Positions 9,802-18,387 of a DNA stretch of 64,000 nucleotides are shown one piece after another. This DNA is from Croceivirga sp. (GTDB lineage Bacteria > Bacteroidota > Bacteroidia > Flavobacteriales > Flavobacteriaceae). The first letter of the stretch is position 1. Each line of letters opens with the position of its first letter. The notes under the pieces were generated by a model. It had not been told where the DNA came from and made no database searches. It worked only from the letters and a program-made list of their open reading frames with translations. The stretch spans positions 3,091,119-3,155,118 of the forward strand of contig OZ246014.1 in assembly GCA_965230555.1 (NCBI GenBank), given 5' to 3'. The position numbers and the translations under genes are program-made.

Positions 9802-9826
9802 AAAAAAATCCGCCGTTGGCGGATTC
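9802..9826 (-). terminator. Rho-independent terminator after the 9847-10806 gene
   Basis: On the minus strand: GGAATCCGCC-AAC-GGCGGATT followed by a T7 run. Confidence 0.7.
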
Positions 9827-9846
9827 CATTTTGCAGTTGTACATCC

Positions 9847-10806
9847 TTAGGCACATCCATTCTCTGTTATCCCATTGACTACTATTTTATCGCTTTCCGA
9901 ACCATATATCGCTTCCAAAGCACCGCAAATATTGACATGGTTGAATTTAAACCCAAAGTTTTCAATTTTTTTACTGCTCACCCGCTGGCTGGCCAATATT
10001 ATGTAGGACATTTTGCCCAATACCATTCGCAATATAAATTTTGGAAGATTGGGGAGAATTAAAGGTCGTGACAACACCTTGGCCAATTCTTTGGTCATTT
10101 TGGCGTTGGTCACCGGATTAGGTGCCGTTGCGTTATAAACCCCGTCCATACCATTTTCAATAATATAGCTGAACATCCTGGCCAAATCGTTGACATGGAT
10201 CCATGATTGCCATTGTTCCCCCGATCCCAAGGCCGCGCCGATAAAATTTTTTACAGGAAAGGCCATTTGAGGCAAGGCCCCTCCTTGACTGGAAAGTACC
10301 ATGCCTATCCGTACTTTGGCCAACTTTAGGTCAAAGACCCCAAAAGCATCGGCCTCTTTTTCCCATGCTTGGACCACCTCACCAAGAAAACTGGCATCCA
10401 CTCCTTTAAAATCTTCGTCATATAACGTAGATGGGGAGTTGGGGTAAATCCCTATCGCAGAAGCTGTGACCATGGTTTTGATATTGCTTCCACCCACTTG
10501 CAGAAGCCCTTTTCTTAAGGTGGAAAGACTATTGATCCTACTGTTGAATATCTCTTTTTTATAAGCCTTGCTCCATCGTTTGGCAATGCTGGCCCCGGCC
10601 AGATTTATAATGGCAGCGACCCCTTCAAAACACTTTAGGTCAATTTCATTCCTTGTGGGATTCCATAAAAATCCTTGATAGTTTTCTTGGGAGGAAATCT
10701 TTGTTTTGCGGGTAGTCAAATAATTGATCCCATATCCCTTTTTATGTAATTCTGAGACTATTTCATGGCCAACCAAACCGGTGGCACCAGTAACCAACAC
10801 CTTCAT
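9847..10806 (-). CDS. TIGR01777/YfcH-type NAD-dependent epimerase-family oxidoreductase
   Basis: N-terminal Rossmann motif VLVTGATGLVG, about 300 aa, and a C-terminal extension typical of the YfcH (DUF1731) group. Confidence 0.7.
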   Translation of the reverse strand: MKVLVTGATGLVGHEIVSELHKKGYGINYLTTRKTKISSQENYQGFLWNPTRNEIDLKCFEGVAAIINLAGASIAKRWSKAYKKEIFNSRINSLSTLRKGLLQVGGSNIKTMVTASAIGIYPNSPSTLYDEDFKGVDASFLGEVVQAWEKEADAFGVFDLKLAKVRIGMVLSSQGGALPQMAFPVKNFIGAALGSGEQWQSWIHVNDLARMFSYIIENGMDGVYNATAPNPVTNAKMTKELAKVLSRPLILPNLPKFILRMVLGKMSYIILASQRVSSKKIENFGFKFNHVNICGALEAIYGSESDKIVVNGITENGCA

Positions 10807-10922
10807 CGCTTCATTTTTTTATAAAATTAAAGGATTGAAATACACCTATTTTGGCCGTTGGCATAGGTTTAACAGATCTACTGGGGTTTTGGGAGATTTT
10901 TAAAACGCTATAAATGTGCTCG

Positions 10923-11594
10923 TTAACTTTTTGTTTGCTTTTTGCCCACGAGCATCTCGCGTTTGCCCGGGGGTCCGGGCAGGCGCTCCACTTTAAAGCC
11001 CACCGATTGCATGGCCCTCCTTACACTGCCCTTTGCCGAATAGGTGGCCAACACCCCACCTTCCGTTAAAGCGGCGTACATTTTACCAAAGATGGCCTCG
11101 GTCCACAGTTCTGGTTGTACCCGCGGCCCAAAGGCATCAAAATAAATCAAGTTGAACATATTGCCAAACTGTATATCGATAAAATCCATCTGGAGTTTGG
11201 TCAATTCAAATTGATTGGAAATTTCAATCCTTTTGGCCCATTCGCAGCCATGCAATTGATCAAATACATGCTGATGCGCCTTGGCATCCAAGGCATCCAC
11301 ATAATTGAGTTGTTTTAATTCTTCCTGCTCGACCGGATAGGCCTCAACCCCAACATAATCTATGTGAATTCTGAACCTTTCTGCCTCCAAATAGGTGATA
11401 AAGGCATTGAGTCCCGTACCAAAGCCCATCTCCAAAATACTGACATCACTAGATTGACAAAGCCGCAGGCCATGCTTTATAAAAACATGGTAGGCCTCTT
11501 GAAGGGCCCCATGCTTTGAATGGTACTGCTCGTTCCAATCTTCCAGTTGAATGGTTGTTGAACCGTCTGCCGTGGTAATTACCTTACGCCTCAA
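10923..11594 (-). CDS. mnmD: tRNA (mnm5s2U34) methyltransferase MnmD-type (stand-alone MnmC methyltransferase domain)
   Basis: SAM motif ILEMGFGTGLN, DAFGP...PELW motif, about 220 aa. Confidence 0.75.
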   Translation of the reverse strand: MRRKVITTADGSTTIQLEDWNEQYHSKHGALQEAYHVFIKHGLRLCQSSDVSILEMGFGTGLNAFITYLEAERFRIHIDYVGVEAYPVEQEELKQLNYVDALDAKAHQHVFDQLHGCEWAKRIEISNQFELTKLQMDFIDIQFGNMFNLIYFDAFGPRVQPELWTEAIFGKMYAALTEGGVLATYSAKGSVRRAMQSVGFKVERLPGPPGKREMLVGKKQTKS

Positions 11595-11595
11595 C

Positions 11596-12096
11596 CTATT
11601 CGTTTATGAGTACGCCATCGGCCTCAAAGCGCAATGTTTTTTTGGGTGCTGTAATTTTTGCTATCTCAGCTTCTGACGCCCCCTTGTCCTCGGCATAGTG
11701 CCGTTGATCTTCGACCGACATTTCCTCCAAAAATGCGACGCCGTTAAGTACTGTTGTCCGTTCTGCAACATCCTTGGGCACAAAAAAGCCATAATCCTTA
11801 AACCTTACAAAGACCTGGTTGCCATCCTCTAGATCCACCTTCATCCAACATCCCTTTGCCTGACAAACCTCAACTATTTTTCCTTTCAACTGCATTGAAA
11901 TGGTATCGGTAACAGCCATTTTTTCATACTTTGCAGCATTTGTGCTTACCTTTCCAACCTTAAATGCCTGTCCAAAAAAATCAGATTCGGACAGAGAGGA
12001 TTGGGCTGATGCCTGCAAGGAGGCAAAAACCAGAAAAACGACACCTAATTTGTTAAATAAATCCATATTTGAAAAAAATTGATTGTCAATTAACAT
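11596..12096 (-). CDS. DUF4920-like secreted protein
   Basis: Signal peptide; CQAKGCWMKV...VRFKDYGFFVPKD block characteristic of this family. Confidence 0.6.
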   Translation of the reverse strand: MLIDNQFFSNMDLFNKLGVVFLVFASLQASAQSSLSESDFFGQAFKVGKVSTNAAKYEKMAVTDTISMQLKGKIVEVCQAKGCWMKVDLEDGNQVFVRFKDYGFFVPKDVAERTTVLNGVAFLEEMSVEDQRHYAEDKGASEAEIAKITAPKKTLRFEADGVLINE

Positions 12097-12171
12097 CTTT
12101 ACTACCTAAAAGTAATAATAGGATTAAAATAACAGAGGAATTATCTATTTTTATTTGTTAAAAATTTCTAG

Positions 12172-13239
12172 ATGGAAACTGAATTCAAAAATATTGTTGT
12201 TGAGAAGGCTGCTACTTCCAAAATAAGCTCGGTTGATTTTGACAATCTACCGTTTGGGAGCATCTATAGCGACCATATGATGATTTGTGAATACAAGGAA
12301 GGAAGTTGGGGCGCTCCAAAGATTGTTCCCTACGGGCCCATCAATTTGGATCCGGCGGCCAAAATTTTCCATTATGGTCAGTCCATTTTTGAAGGGATGA
12401 AGGCCTACAGGGACAACGAGGACCAGATATGGCTCTTTAGACCATTGGACAACCATGCCAGATTGAACACATCTGCAAAACGTTTGGCCATGCCAGAATT
12501 TCCCCAAGATATCTTTATGGATGGGTTGACCACATTGTTACAACTGGAAAAGGATTGGATTCCCCAAAGCACGGGCAGTTCCTTATACATTAGACCATTT
12601 ATGTTTGCCTCGGGCATTGGCTTTCATGCCTCACCGGCAGACAGCTATACCTTTATGATAGCCTGTGCGCCCTCTGGCCCCTATTTTGCCGGCAAGGTAA
12701 AGGTCTTGATAGAGGAGACCTATGCTAGGGCCGCCAATGGCGGAGTAGGCTACGCCAAGGCGGGTGGCAATTATGCCGCACAATTTTATCCTACCCAACT
12801 GGCCACCGATAAAGGGTACCAACAGGTTATCTGGACAGACGATAACAAGCACGAATACATTGAAGAGGCCGGGGCCATGAATGTTTTTATCCGTATTAAT
12901 GACACCTTGATCACAGCGCCTACCAATGACCGTATTCTAGATGGTATTACCCGTAAGAGCATTCTGGAAATTGCCCATGATGAGGGTATTAAAACAGAGG
13001 TCAGAAAAATAAAAGTGGCCGAGGTCATTGATGCCGCCAACAACGGAACGCTCAAAGAAATGTTTGGTGCGGGAACCGCGGCGGTGGTATCGCCCATTGC
13101 CGGATTTGGCTATCAAGGACAGGATTATGACCTGCCTGAGTTGGAAAACAATTATGCATCCCTATTGAAAAAGAGAATCACCGACATCCAGTACAACAAA
13201 TCGGATGATGCATTCGGTTGGCGCTATAAAGTTTCTTAA
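12172..13239 (+). CDS. ilvE: Branched-chain amino acid aminotransferase
   Basis: 355 aa, fold-type IV aminotransferase pattern (FHYGQSIFEGMKAYR, GGNYAA, EAGAMNVF, GTAAVVSPI). Confidence 0.9.
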   Translation: METEFKNIVVEKAATSKISSVDFDNLPFGSIYSDHMMICEYKEGSWGAPKIVPYGPINLDPAAKIFHYGQSIFEGMKAYRDNEDQIWLFRPLDNHARLNTSAKRLAMPEFPQDIFMDGLTTLLQLEKDWIPQSTGSSLYIRPFMFASGIGFHASPADSYTFMIACAPSGPYFAGKVKVLIEETYARAANGGVGYAKAGGNYAAQFYPTQLATDKGYQQVIWTDDNKHEYIEEAGAMNVFIRINDTLITAPTNDRILDGITRKSILEIAHDEGIKTEVRKIKVAEVIDAANNGTLKEMFGAGTAAVVSPIAGFGYQGQDYDLPELENNYASLLKKRITDIQYNKSDDAFGWRYKVS

Positions 13240-13246
13240 GATAAGG

Positions 13247-13285
13247 GGCTGCCCAAAACATGGTATCTTTGGACAGCCTTTTTTT
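13247..13285. terminator. Bidirectional hairpin terminator between convergent ilvE and the MazG-like gene
   Basis: GGCTGCCCAAA / TTTGGACAGCC stem followed by a T7 run. Confidence 0.65.
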
Positions 13286-13679
13286 ATTTCTTCAAAATTG
13301 AGGCTATATCAGGTTTAAAGTAGTTTGGCCCCTTTAGCACTTTGCCATCTTCCCTGTAGACCGGCTTCCCATCTTCGCCCAGTTTACTCATATTACTCCG
13401 CTGTATCTCATTGAACACCTCCTCGATCTTATACTGCATTCCATGTTCTAGAATGGTTCCGCAGAGAATGTACAGCATATCGCCCAAGGCATCGGCAACC
13501 TCTACCAAATTATCTTCTTCGGCCGCTTGCAGGTATTCCCTGTTCTCCTCATCCATCAAACGGAACCGAAGGCTATTCTTTTCTGTACCAAGATCCGCCA
13601 TGGGTTCATGCGAAACACCCAAACCAAAAGTTTGGTGAAATTTAGCTACCGCTTCAATCTTTTGCTTCATTATATTCAT
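13284..13679 (-). CDS. MazG-like nucleoside triphosphate pyrophosphohydrolase family protein
   Basis: 131 aa, all-alpha, EExxE/D-type acidic motifs (LMDEENREYLQAAEEDNLVEVADALGD). Confidence 0.6.
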   Translation of the reverse strand: MNIMKQKIEAVAKFHQTFGLGVSHEPMADLGTEKNSLRFRLMDEENREYLQAAEEDNLVEVADALGDMLYILCGTILEHGMQYKIEEVFNEIQRSNMSKLGEDGKPVYREDGKVLKGPNYFKPDIASILKK

Positions 13680-13705
13680 TTAAATTCGCATAAACATACC
13701 ACTTT

Positions 13706-13894
13706 ATGTTCACAACAGGTCAACTCATATTTGCTGCTCTTTTTGTTCTTGTTTTTTTGGGAATTTTGATTTTCTCGTACCGAAAAGACAAAAAGCTTCA
13801 CCACAAAAATTACAAAGGTGTGGTCTGGATACTTTTTGCCTTTATTGTTTTCTTACTATTTCTTTTGGCCACTAAATCCTTTTTAAAAAATTAA
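13706..13894 (+). CDS. Small two-TM membrane protein
   Basis: 62-aa ORF with two clear hydrophobic helices separated by a basic loop. Confidence 0.4.
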   Translation: MFTTGQLIFAALFVLVFLGILIFSYRKDKKLHHKNYKGVVWILFAFIVFLLFLLATKSFLKN

Positions 13895-13979
13895 CGGTTT
13901 TTATACCTACACCACAAAAATTAGGTTTTTTACAACATTTTGTAAACTCGACTAGCGTAAGATAGGAAAAGGTGTACTT

Positions 13980-14180
13980 TTGTATAAACAAATACTAATC
14001 AGCATGATAACCTTCTTTGCCATCCTTCTTTCCCTCTTGGCCATAAATGCAGTTTTGCTAATCTTTAGTGTCAATGGGGCAAAGGAAAGCATGAAAAAAT
14101 CAGCTAAATCGGCAGAAAATTCAATTACAAAACTCTTCCCCCGAGAAATTTCGCAGACCGAATATAAAAAGGCTGTATAG
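13980..14180 (+). CDS. Small single-TM protein (start uncertain)
   Basis: 66-aa ORF with a non-ATG start in the track, one TM helix and a charged tail. Confidence 0.3.
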   Translation: MYKQILISMITFFAILLSLLAINAVLLIFSVNGAKESMKKSAKSAENSITKLFPREISQTEYKKAV

Positions 14181-14200
14181 TTAGTTGCTATCTTTAGGCC

Positions 14201-14572
14201 ATGAAGCAGGTTCTCCTAGTATTTTTGGGAGGTGGCTTTGGCAGCGCCCTTAGATACCTCATATCTTCCAAGTTAAATCCGATATTTCAAAACTTCTACC
14301 TTGGCACATTTTCGGTGAACATTGTAGGCTGCCTTATTATGGGCCTCTTAATGGGGTGGACCTTTAAGAACAATATTCTAAACCAGAACACAAGCTTGCT
14401 CTTGGCAACAGGCTTTTGTGGTGGTTTCACCACCTTTTCCGCCTTTGCGCTTGAAAAGTACTTGTTCTTAAAAGAAGGACAATACCACTACTTTTTTTTA
14501 TATCTGGCCACCAGTATTGTCCTTGGCATCCTTGCCGTGGCCCTGGGTATCTATATTTCTAAGAATATCTAA
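14201..14572 (+). CDS. crcB: Fluoride ion channel CrcB/FluC
   Basis: 123 aa, 4 TM, GGxGAxxRY-type N-terminus (GGGFGSALRY) and GFCGGFTTFS motif. Confidence 0.9.
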   Translation: MKQVLLVFLGGGFGSALRYLISSKLNPIFQNFYLGTFSVNIVGCLIMGLLMGWTFKNNILNQNTSLLLATGFCGGFTTFSAFALEKYLFLKEGQYHYFFLYLATSIVLGILAVALGIYISKNI

Positions 14573-14790
14573 CGCTAATTCCCTGTAAACAAACAATATC
14601 TGTAAAAAAAGTACGATTATGTGCATTTTTTACACTTAAACCCGAAAAAGCACACATAGTTGCTGGTTGAATTGTAAATTTTTTAAGATATATTTCGCAC
14701 ACCCTTAAATTTTAAGGGTCTTGATTTGTAAATATGATAAAAATCAATCCTAACCACCTAAAAGCTAGCGGTGTAACTTATTCATTCACA

Positions 14791-14798
14791 TATATTTG
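14791..14798 (+). promoter_or_regulatory. -7 box TATATTTG upstream of glnK-amt
   Basis: Exact TAnnTTTG ending 23 nt before the ATG at 14821. Confidence 0.5.
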
Positions 14799-14820
14799 AA
14801 CTTCTAACAAAAACTTAAAA

Positions 14821-15159
14821 ATGAAAAAAGTCGAGGCAATTATTAGAAAATCAAAATTTGATGAGGTCAAGAAGGCCCTGCATCAAATTGAGGTGAACTT
14901 TTTCAGTTACTGGGATGTAACTGGGGTTGGTAATGAAACGCAAGGACATGTCTACAGGGGCATCTCCTATAGCACGACCGACATTCAAAGAAGATACCTT
15001 TCCATTGTGGTATCCGATGAATTCCTTGAACGTACCGTCAATTGTATTCTTGAGACAGCAATGACGGGAAATGTGGGCGATGGTAAAATCTTTGTAAGCG
15101 AAGTATTGGATGCCTATAGGATCAGGACCAAGGAAAGCGGCCATGCCGGTATTAATTAA
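14821..15159 (+). CDS. glnK: P-II family nitrogen regulator (GlnK-type, amt-linked)
   Basis: 112 aa, MKKVEAII start, T-loop ...GHVYRGISY, B-loop TGNVGDGKIFV. Lies immediately upstream of amt. Confidence 0.85.
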   Translation: MKKVEAIIRKSKFDEVKKALHQIEVNFFSYWDVTGVGNETQGHVYRGISYSTTDIQRRYLSIVVSDEFLERTVNCILETAMTGNVGDGKIFVSEVLDAYRIRTKESGHAGIN

Positions 15160-15187
15160 CCAACAAACAACTCTTAAAAATTAAATT

Positions 15188-16471
15188 ATGACGATTACAC
15201 AAGATGAGGCTTTGGCAAAAGCCGTTGAGACTATAAATGGCGATATGGGAGCGCTTTGGATCACCCTTGCAGCCATATTGGTGTTCTTTATGCAAGCTGG
15301 TTTCACTTTGGTAGAAGTGGGCTTTACCAGAAGCAAGAACTCCGGGAACATTATTATGAAGAATATCATGGATCTAGCCGTAGGCTCCATCATGTTCTGG
15401 GCCGTTGGATATGGCATCATGTACGGAAGTGACCTGGTCTTTGGGGGCTTCTTTAGAAGCAGTCCGGCCGAACAGGGCTATTTCTTCTTTAGTGCATCTG
15501 ATTGGTACAACCTATTTTTTCAAACTGTTTTTTGCGCCACTGCTGCAACCATAGTATCCGGTGCCGTGGCAGGCAGAACAAAATTTTCCACCTATTTAAT
15601 TTTATCCGCAGCACTCACCACAATTATTTACCCAATATCCGGTAGCTGGTATTGGCCCTTTGATGATGATGCTTGGTTGAACACAGCTGGCTTCATTGAT
15701 TTTGCAGGATCATCTGTTGTACATGCCGTAGGCGGAGGTGCCGCATTGGTTGCTGCGATCATGGTAGGCCCGCGTATTGGCAAATATGTAGATGGCGAGG
15801 CCAAGGTACTACCCGGCCATAACATGATGTTTGGTGCATTGGGAGTATTTATTCTTTGGTTAGGATGGTTCGGCTTCAATGGGGGTTCCCAACTGGCATG
15901 GGGCGGTGATGACACCGTAGGTGCCGGAAGCGTTATCATCAACACCAATATTGCTGCTGCAGCCGGGGCCATAACCGCTCTTTTCCTTACATGGATCCGT
16001 TATAAAAAATCTGACCTCTCCATGACACTGAATGGCGCATTGGCCGGTTTGGTGGGCATAACCGCGGGCTGTGGCGCCGTTAGTGCTTTTGGAGCCTTGT
16101 TCATTGGATTGTTATGCGGCATTGCCGTGGTGTTCTCCATAGAGATTCTTGACAAGAAACTTAAGATAGATGACCCTGTCGGTGCCATATCGGTACACGG
16201 AACCTGCGGTTTTCTTGGTACCGTATTGGTTGGATTGTTCGCCTTGGATGGGGGATTGTTCTACGGTGGTGGCGCCAAATTATTGTGGGTGCAGACCTAT
16301 GGATCACTCTCTTACATACTTTGGGCTGCCCTATGCACTTTCATTGTGCTGTTCATCTTAAAGAAAACCATTGGCCTTAGGGTCTCTGAGAAAGAGGAAC
16401 TGGAAGGGCTTGATATTCATGAACATGGTATGGAAGCATATCCCGAGCATATTTCCAATGAAAACCAATAA
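15188..16471 (+). CDS. amt: Ammonium transporter
   Basis: 427 aa, about 11 TM, Amt signatures (FFMQAGFTLVEVG, DFAGSSVVH, VHGTCGFLGT). Confidence 0.95.
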   Translation: MTITQDEALAKAVETINGDMGALWITLAAILVFFMQAGFTLVEVGFTRSKNSGNIIMKNIMDLAVGSIMFWAVGYGIMYGSDLVFGGFFRSSPAEQGYFFFSASDWYNLFFQTVFCATAATIVSGAVAGRTKFSTYLILSAALTTIIYPISGSWYWPFDDDAWLNTAGFIDFAGSSVVHAVGGGAALVAAIMVGPRIGKYVDGEAKVLPGHNMMFGALGVFILWLGWFGFNGGSQLAWGGDDTVGAGSVIINTNIAAAAGAITALFLTWIRYKKSDLSMTLNGALAGLVGITAGCGAVSAFGALFIGLLCGIAVVFSIEILDKKLKIDDPVGAISVHGTCGFLGTVLVGLFALDGGLFYGGGAKLLWVQTYGSLSYILWAALCTFIVLFILKKTIGLRVSEKEELEGLDIHEHGMEAYPEHISNENQ

Positions 16472-16481
16472 GTAAAAGTAA

Positions 16482-16511
16482 GAACGGAGTGTTTGGCAGA
16501 ACACTCCGTTC
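16482..16511 (+). terminator. Perfect 12-bp hairpin between amt and the porin gene (terminator/attenuator)
   Basis: GAACGGAGTGTT-TGGCAG-AACACTCCGTTC; there is no strong T-run after it. Confidence 0.5.
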
Positions 16512-16581
16512 GGTAACACTTTTCAAAACTCAAATTCTATTAACAACAGCCTGCATGGTTGCAGGCCTAATCATTAACATT

Positions 16582-17628
16582 ATGAAAGCGATTACAAACG
16601 CAAAATACGCAAAAAAAATAGTTTTTTTAACATTTTCCCTCATCGCCATGAATGCCGTGGCCCAAGAAGAAGAGGAAGGAACCAAAGGCACATTTAACTT
16701 GTCTGGTAGTATAGACACTTATTTTAGAACCACATTTGTTGATGCTGGCGAAGCAACAACCGCTACTCCAACTTCATTTGCTAACCAAACTGGTTTTGCA
16801 TTAGGTATGGGTAATATTATTGGCAGTTATGAATCAGGTTCAACTGGATTAGTAGTTGATTTAGTTTTTGGACCAAGAGGTACCGAAGCCACTTTTAATA
16901 ACGATGTCTTAAACGGAGTCATCAATCAGGCCTATGCTTATTGGAATGTTTCAGACAATACTACATTGACGATAGGTCGTTTTAATACATTTTTAGGTTA
17001 TGAGGTTATTGCTCCACAAGCTAACTTCAACTATAGTGTTTCATACCTATTCTCCAATGGGCCTTTTTCCCATCTGGGTGCCAAGGCAGATTTTACATTA
17101 TCGGATGACATTAGTTTAATGCTTGCGATAACCAATCCTTGGGACACCAACGACATCAGTGATACAGGCGAATATGCGTTAGGTGGCCAATTAGGTGTTT
17201 ATGGTCAATACTTAAACCTATACTATGATAGTGGCAAAAATGACGGCCTAGGTTTTGAGGTAGATTATACGGGAGGTTTTGACCTTACTGATGACTTCTT
17301 TTTAGGAATTAATGCAGCGTACAACAATAATTCTGAAACTGATAGTGGATTCTATGGCGCAGCTCTGTATCCTCAATTGACAACATCTGATAATTTTGCA
17401 ATAGGTCTTAGAGGTGAATATTTTGCCTTTACCCAAGATGGTTTTGATGATGTTCCCGTAATTGGGTTAACACTTACGGGAAGTTTCACCAAAGAAAATT
17501 TGATTATTAAACCAGAACTAAGATTGGATAGCTTTGGTGATGACAACGAACCATTTTTGGATGGTGATGGTGCCCCAACAAACAGTCTGGCCTCATTTTT
17601 GGTGGCTGCAATCTATTCTTTTGATTAA
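16582..17628 (+). CDS. Outer-membrane porin (OmpL-like beta-barrel) linked to amt
   Basis: Signal peptide MKAITNAKYAKKIVFLTFSLIAMNAVAQ, beta-strand periodicity, C-terminal ...AAIYSFD. Start trimmed because the upstream extension covers the hairpin. Confidence 0.7.
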   Translation: MKAITNAKYAKKIVFLTFSLIAMNAVAQEEEEGTKGTFNLSGSIDTYFRTTFVDAGEATTATPTSFANQTGFALGMGNIIGSYESGSTGLVVDLVFGPRGTEATFNNDVLNGVINQAYAYWNVSDNTTLTIGRFNTFLGYEVIAPQANFNYSVSYLFSNGPFSHLGAKADFTLSDDISLMLAITNPWDTNDISDTGEYALGGQLGVYGQYLNLYYDSGKNDGLGFEVDYTGGFDLTDDFFLGINAAYNNNSETDSGFYGAALYPQLTTSDNFAIGLRGEYFAFTQDGFDDVPVIGLTLTGSFTKENLIIKPELRLDSFGDDNEPFLDGDGAPTNSLASFLVAAIYSFD

Positions 17629-17659
17629 ACAATATATTGTATAGGTGTTAAGCTAAGGT

Positions 17660-17690
17660 CCCCTAACAAATGATTTTGTTGGGGGATTTT
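17660..17690. terminator. Bidirectional terminator between the porin and DUF1684 genes
   Basis: CCCCTAACAAA-TGAT-TTTGTTGGGGG followed by TTTTT. Confidence 0.7.
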
Positions 17691-18331
17691 TAGTTTCCCT
17701 TGAAATCTTTTACTCCTGCCATCACTTTGGTTTTCATATAATTTTGCCTTGGCACCAAAGGGCAGGAGTATCTTTTGTTATAGACACAATAGGGGTTGTA
17801 GGCCCGGTTAAAATCAATGACCAAGGTATCTCCTTCAGGAATCCTCAAATCAATATAACGCCCCCCTCCATAGGTTTCACTGCCATTGGTATCGTCCAAA
17901 AAAGGGAGAAATAAATAATCTTCGTAGCCCTCTTCTTCCATCACATCCAAACTTTGGTAGATTTCTAATTGGTGCTTTTTTCCATTCAATTCAAAATGGG
18001 CATAGGCATACCTTTTTTCCGTGGTCTTTCGCTCTGTTGTGGTAGGCAACAGAATAGGCTTAGAATCCGGTGTCCGTTCCAGATAGGCCTTTACAATATA
18101 ACTTTCATCTGGCACAAAAAAGTCCAACGATTCAAAATCCTTCCGATAACGGTCTGGCAAGGGCGAGGTCTCTGGATCTTTAAAATCTTCGTTAAGTCCC
18201 TTCTGAAACTCCAAGACATCACTTATAGCCTTGGAACCTGTGTTGGGACCCGCCTCTCTCTCATCATGGTATCTTTTCCCGTTCCCACAAGAAAAGACAA
18301 ACACCAATAGGAATACAGATAGATATTTCAT
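17690..18331 (-). CDS. DUF1684-like lipoprotein
   Basis: Lipobox VFSCG; GGGRYIDL and AYNPYCVYN blocks typical of DUF1684. Confidence 0.65.
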   Translation of the reverse strand: MKYLSVFLLVFVFSCGNGKRYHDEREAGPNTGSKAISDVLEFQKGLNEDFKDPETSPLPDRYRKDFESLDFFVPDESYIVKAYLERTPDSKPILLPTTTERKTTEKRYAYAHFELNGKKHQLEIYQSLDVMEEEGYEDYLFLPFLDDTNGSETYGGGRYIDLRIPEGDTLVIDFNRAYNPYCVYNKRYSCPLVPRQNYMKTKVMAGVKDFKGN

Positions 18332-18387
18332 CCCCTAAAAATACAACGATTTGGGAAAGACTTTAAGAAATCTGGGGCGTGCAGATG

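Noticed and set aside
13895-14200. Looked for a fluoride (crcB-motif) riboswitch upstream of crcB
   Set aside because: I could not find the conserved GGCGATG...CCTAC-type core or a convincing pseudoknot fold. Small membrane-protein ORFs occupy the region instead.
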